Assembly (NCBI GenBank): GCA_964007735.1
Contig: CAXGAI010000006.1
Coordinates: 62,001 to 126,000 of the forward strand
DNA from: an uncultured Rhodopirellula sp.
GTDB taxonomy: Bacteria > Planctomycetota > Planctomycetia > Pirellulales > Pirellulaceae
Reading direction: 5' to 3'
Length of the DNA: 64,000 nt
In this document: positions 60,182-64,000 of the stretch, piece by piece
Position numbering within the stretch: position 1 is the first letter of the stretch
How the letters are laid out: each line of letters starts with the position of its first letter
Position numbers and translations under genes: made by a program
The notes under the pieces: model-generated
Databases searched by the model: none
The model's input: the letters and a program-made list of their open reading frames with translations, nothing else
What the model was told of the DNA's origin: nothing

Positions 60182-61459
60182 CTACTGCGGACAGCCCCAG
60201 TGTTCTCGATACTTTTTGTTCAGCAGTTCGTTAGCTTCTCGATCATTGATCACCGTCTCCATTTCAGGATCGAACTCAAAGCCCCGCCCGACACGCACGG
60301 CAATATTGCCTAGATGACATAGTGACGATGTTAAGTGGCCGGTCTCTATATCTGCATTGGGTTGCTTCCCGGAACGAATACAATCAAGCCAGTTCCCAAT
60401 GTGTTTCCCAGTATTTTGAGCCTCAGCTCCCAATTTGATGTCACGCTTTACATTTCGAGGACCAAGCACTTCAATTTTGCCTCGTCGACTGAGATACATC
60501 TGTCCCTCGGTTCCATAGAACTCCGCACCACTGTCGGTGTGATGGGGATAGTTTGTGGACCAAAGCCGTTGCTCATAAATTAGCGTCTTATGATTCTCGG
60601 GTTTACCGTCACCTTCATATTCAAACAGTACATGCTGAGTATCAGGGAACTGTTGGTCATCATCGAAGAAGTACTTACCGCCCACTGCCGCAACTCGGTT
60701 GGGATGTGTTTTCACTCCCAAACCCCAACGAGTGTAATCGATATCATGAACTCCATCATTGCCCATATCGCCCGTCCCAAAATTGTAGCACCAGTGCCAG
60801 CCGCTGTTCACACGGTTCTGCTGGTAAGGCAACCACTCCGCAGGGCCTACCCAGTTTTCATAGTCCAACTGCGGAGGAGGATCACTTGGTTGCTGCTTGC
60901 CAATATTAGCTCGCCGCTGTACATTCCAGCACTTCGCAACTTTAACATCGCCAATGATTCCCTCACGTAACAGCTCGACAGCCTCAATCATCATGTCGGT
61001 ACTGCGTACCTGAGTCCCATGTTGAACAATCACCTTATTTCGGGTGGCGGCCTCGACCAACAACCGCCCCTCTCGAACCGTATGTGAGCAGGGTTTTTCT
61101 ACATACACATGCTTACCAGCCTGACAGGCCATGATCGCTGCTGGCGCGTGCCAATGGTCCGGTGTCGCAATCATCACCGCATCGATATCTGGATCATCCA
61201 AAATCTCACGCAGATCATCGACGTGGTTGACATCCTGATCCTGTTTACGGGCTTTATCTACTTCAGCAATCGTCGTAATTCCTGCGTTTGGATACTTCCC
61301 CAACTCTACCTTGAGAGTCGCAGCCCTGCCTCCATTACCAATCAGGCCAATTCGAATTCCTTCGAGTGCACTAGTGTCTGCTTTAGAATCCGAAGTTGCT
61401 GAAAGAGTAGCAATAGCCAAGGAAGACTGCATAAACTTTCGACGCCGCTGGTTCATCAT
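60182..61459 (-). CDS. Gfo/Idh/MocA-family oxidoreductase, Tat-exported
   Basis: RRKFM signal; IGLIGNGGR, DAVMIATPDHWH, GKHVYVEKP, QHGTQ.RS, GVHDID. Confidence 0.92.
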   Translation of the reverse strand: MMNQRRRKFMQSSLAIATLSATSDSKADTSALEGIRIGLIGNGGRAATLKVELGKYPNAGITTIAEVDKARKQDQDVNHVDDLREILDDPDIDAVMIATPDHWHAPAAIMACQAGKHVYVEKPCSHTVREGRLLVEAATRNKVIVQHGTQVRSTDMMIEAVELLREGIIGDVKVAKCWNVQRRANIGKQQPSDPPPQLDYENWVGPAEWLPYQQNRVNSGWHWCYNFGTGDMGNDGVHDIDYTRWGLGVKTHPNRVAAVGGKYFFDDDQQFPDTQHVLFEYEGDGKPENHKTLIYEQRLWSTNYPHHTDSGAEFYGTEGQMYLSRRGKIEVLGPRNVKRDIKLGAEAQNTGKHIGNWLDCIRSGKQPNADIETGHLTSSLCHLGNIAVRVGRGFEFDPEMETVINDREANELLNKKYREHWGCPQ

Positions 61460-61545
61460 TGCTAAAGCCCCTGTTTCAATTCAATCGTTCAGTAAATAAA
61501 CTTGAAGAGAAGAGACAACTATTTCCACGGATTACGGATCAAGTC

Positions 61546-62547
61546 ATGAAACCTATCTACATTCTCTTATTACTACTTGCGATTCCATTGTCCCTCACGG
61601 CCAAAGAACCCGTCAAATTAATTTTTGATACCGACATGGGTAACGATATCGACGACGCAATGGCTCTGGCCATGATTCATTCACTCATCTCTCGAGGTGA
61701 GTGTGAGTTACTTGCCGTGACCGTTACGAAAGACCATCCTCAAGCAGCAGCCTTTGTTGATCTAATCAATACCTTTTACGGTCGGCCTGACATTCCAATC
61801 GGAGTTGTCAAAGGAGGCATGGCAAAAGAACAAAGTAAGTACACGGTGCTGGCTGATCATCAACAAGGGAATCGACAGCGTTACCCCCATGATCTAACCA
61901 ATGGAAACAACGCTCCGGACGCGCTTCAGGTACTGCGTGAAACCCTCGCTGGAGCGAAGGACAAAAGCATCGTCATCGCGCAAGTCGGTTTTTCTACTAA
62001 TTTGTCTCGTCTGATGAACACAAAACCGGACGACATTAGCCCTCTTAGCGGAATGGAACTCATCCAATCCAAAGTACATCATCTCGAAATCATGGCTGGT
62101 TCCTTCACTAAAATTGGCGATAACGATCGCTTTCTGGAATACAACGTTAAGATAGATATCCCTAATGCCAAACGAATTCTGGAACAGTGGCCATCCGAAG
62201 TGGTCGTTAGTGGATTTGAAATTGGAATTTCGCTTCGTTATCCCGCTCGCTCAATCCTTGAAGACTTCAGCTATGTTGAAAAACACCCCATCCCCACTGC
62301 GTACCAGCTATACAATCCAACTCCGCATGAACGCCCCACCTGGGATCTCACCAGCGTACTCCAAGGCGTTCGTCCCGACCGTGGATACTTTGACCTTTCC
62401 GCTCCGGGAGAAATCAAAGTCCATAACGATGGATATACTGAATTCCTGCCTCAGGAGAAGGGAACCCGCAAATTCCTCATTCTTAAACCAGAGAATACTC
62501 AGAGAGTCCGGGATACACTCGTCCATCTCACCAGCCAACCTCAGTAG
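61546..62547 (+). CDS. Nucleoside hydrolase (IU-NH family) with signal peptide
   Basis: IFDTDMGNDIDDAMAL, MAG.F, EYNV, WDLT; hydrophobic N-terminus from ATG 61546. Confidence 0.85.
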   Translation: MKPIYILLLLLAIPLSLTAKEPVKLIFDTDMGNDIDDAMALAMIHSLISRGECELLAVTVTKDHPQAAAFVDLINTFYGRPDIPIGVVKGGMAKEQSKYTVLADHQQGNRQRYPHDLTNGNNAPDALQVLRETLAGAKDKSIVIAQVGFSTNLSRLMNTKPDDISPLSGMELIQSKVHHLEIMAGSFTKIGDNDRFLEYNVKIDIPNAKRILEQWPSEVVVSGFEIGISLRYPARSILEDFSYVEKHPIPTAYQLYNPTPHERPTWDLTSVLQGVRPDRGYFDLSAPGEIKVHNDGYTEFLPQEKGTRKFLILKPENTQRVRDTLVHLTSQPQ

Positions 62548-62559
62548 GAAGCCCAATTC

Positions 62560-63735
62560 GTGCTTACATTTAAAGACCTCGGTGTTGAACAAATCATTAA
62601 TGCTTGCGGAACTGTAACCCGTCTTGGTGGTTCTCCGTTAAGGCCGGAAGCTCTCCAAGCTTACCAGCAAGCAAGCCTGCAGGCCGTTGCGTTGGAAGAA
62701 CTCCAAACCGCCGTTTCCAACCAGTTGGCAAACTGGACCGGAGCAGAGGCCGGCATCATCACTTCCGGAGCTGCCGCCGCACTAACGCTGGGCGCTGCAG
62801 CCATTCTGGCTGGCAATGATCCTGCCAAAATGGACTGCCTCCCTCACACGGAGAACATTGCTCATGAATTTATTATTTCCCGCGACCACCGCAGTGGTTA
62901 TGACCATGCTTGTCGCGCAAGTGGAGCTCGATTAATCGAAGTGGGACTCAACGAAGTCGTCAGTGGAGCTGGCGTAAGACGAACGGAGGCATGGGAATAC
63001 GAGGCGGCCATTCATGGCAACACAGCCGGAATCCTTTACGTATACAGTAGTGAGTCAGCCCCGACTCTTGAGGAAGTGGTCGCTGTGGGACATCAACATA
63101 GCATTCCTGTTTTGGTCGATGCCGCCGGAGAACTACCGCCACCGTCAAACCTGAAGAAGCTGATTGCCAGCGGAGCCGACCTGATTGCTTTCAGCGGCGG
63201 CAAAGCCATCGGAGGCCCGCAGGCAACGGGGCTGCTACTTGGGCGTAAAGAACTGATTGCCTCCGCCCTACTGCAAATGCTGGACATGGATGACCATCCA
63301 CAGCTTTGGAAGCCTTCACTTCTCGACAAAAACGAACTGCGGGGAATGCCTCGACACGGCATTGGCAGGGGATTCAAAGTTTCCAAAGAGTCCATCATGG
63401 CATTAATGGCGGCACTCGAATGTTTTCTGCAAGAAGACAATTCACAACGAATGGCCACCTACGCGGGGATGCTTTCTGACATTAAAAACCAACTTGAAAA
63501 GGCAAGTGTTTCCAGCCATCTGGTCTGGCTTAACCCGGAAACCATACCCAAACTGCACATTCCCACGGAAGATGCCTTTGAGGTGTGTGAAAACCTGAGA
63601 AACCACACGCCTCGTGTGTTTGCAGGACACAGCTTATTAAATCAGGGAATCCTTACCATCAATGCCATCGCACTTCGCGAACATCAAGTTGACCCTCTCA
63701 GTCAGGCCCTTATCCACTGCATTGAAAGCGAGTGA
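62560..63735 (+). CDS. SelA-related PLP-dependent enzyme (DgaE/SelA-like family)
   Basis: INACGTVTRLGGS, TSGAAAAL, GARLIEVG, VLVDAAGE, FSGGKAIGGPQATG, GIGRGFKVSKE; 391 aa. Confidence 0.85.
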   Translation: MLTFKDLGVEQIINACGTVTRLGGSPLRPEALQAYQQASLQAVALEELQTAVSNQLANWTGAEAGIITSGAAAALTLGAAAILAGNDPAKMDCLPHTENIAHEFIISRDHRSGYDHACRASGARLIEVGLNEVVSGAGVRRTEAWEYEAAIHGNTAGILYVYSSESAPTLEEVVAVGHQHSIPVLVDAAGELPPPSNLKKLIASGADLIAFSGGKAIGGPQATGLLLGRKELIASALLQMLDMDDHPQLWKPSLLDKNELRGMPRHGIGRGFKVSKESIMALMAALECFLQEDNSQRMATYAGMLSDIKNQLEKASVSSHLVWLNPETIPKLHIPTEDAFEVCENLRNHTPRVFAGHSLLNQGILTINAIALREHQVDPLSQALIHCIESE

Positions 63736-63744
63736 TTTCTTATC

Positions 63745-64000
63745 GTGATTAAGCTGCGATTATTCAACTACATTATCCCGTTGCTTCTTCCCACCTTGGT
63801 TTTAGGAGAAACGCAACAGCCCAATATCATACTGCTGTTGGCGGACGACCTTGGATACTCAGAACTAGGCGTCCAGGAGAGTCATACCGGAGACATCCCC
63901 ACGCCCCATATCGACTCCATAGCCCACGCCGGCGTTCGGTTTACCGATGGATATGTAACGGCCGCGTATTGCAGTGCTTCACGGGCAGGCATGATGACCG
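63745..64000 (+). CDS. Sulfatase (S1, formylglycine-dependent), 5' part only; not in the ORF track
   Basis: GTG 63745, then signal peptide and QPNIILLLADDLGYSELG...PTPHIDSIA..GVRFTDGY...CSASRAGMMT. Confidence 0.9.
   Translation, partial: MIKLRLFNYIIPLLLPTLVLGETQQPNIILLLADDLGYSELGVQESHTGDIPTPHIDSIAHAGVRFTDGYVTAAYCSASRAGMMT

Noticed and set aside
62560..63735. SelA-like gene as the selenocysteine synthase serving the UGA peroxiredoxin
   Set aside because: It is 391 aa with FSGGK and GIGRGFKV, typical of the SelA-related/DgaE group. Bona fide bacterial SelA is longer, with FSGDKLLGGPQ. No selB, selC or selD is adjacent.

Overview
This is a gene-dense chromosomal window from a planctomycete, probably Pirellulaceae-like. 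The assignment rests on the PQQ-type beta-propeller, DUF1573, sulfatase, secretin-fragment/VWA and EF-hand proteins, and on an ffh-rpsP-trmD-rplS-yraN operon with no rimM. It holds about 40 CDS, one tRNA-Ala(GGC) and several intrinsic terminators. Housekeeping genes include ligA, uvrA, tsaD, ffh, rpsP, trmD, rplS, pckA and birA. Also present are a sugar ABC transporter, an lhgO-glcDEF 2-hydroxy-acid oxidation cluster, an isolated cpaB-cpaC pair and many exported proteins. I saw no mobile element, prophage or CRISPR array. The strongest hidden feature is at 1340..1939: the ORF track splits it in two, but it reads as one exported peroxiredoxin with an in-frame TGA at the catalytic Cys position, followed by a bacterial SECIS-like hairpin, i.e. 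a probable selenoprotein. Other notable items are a ~1350-aa VWA/TPR/secretin-N/Gly-Met/DUF2135-like/secretin-C-fragment mosaic protein, a 9-EF-hand exported protein beside an HtrA protease, a degenerate GH2-like gene inside a uvrA-moeB run, and coding tandem repeats. Family assignments come from motifs I recognised by eye; no database searches were run.
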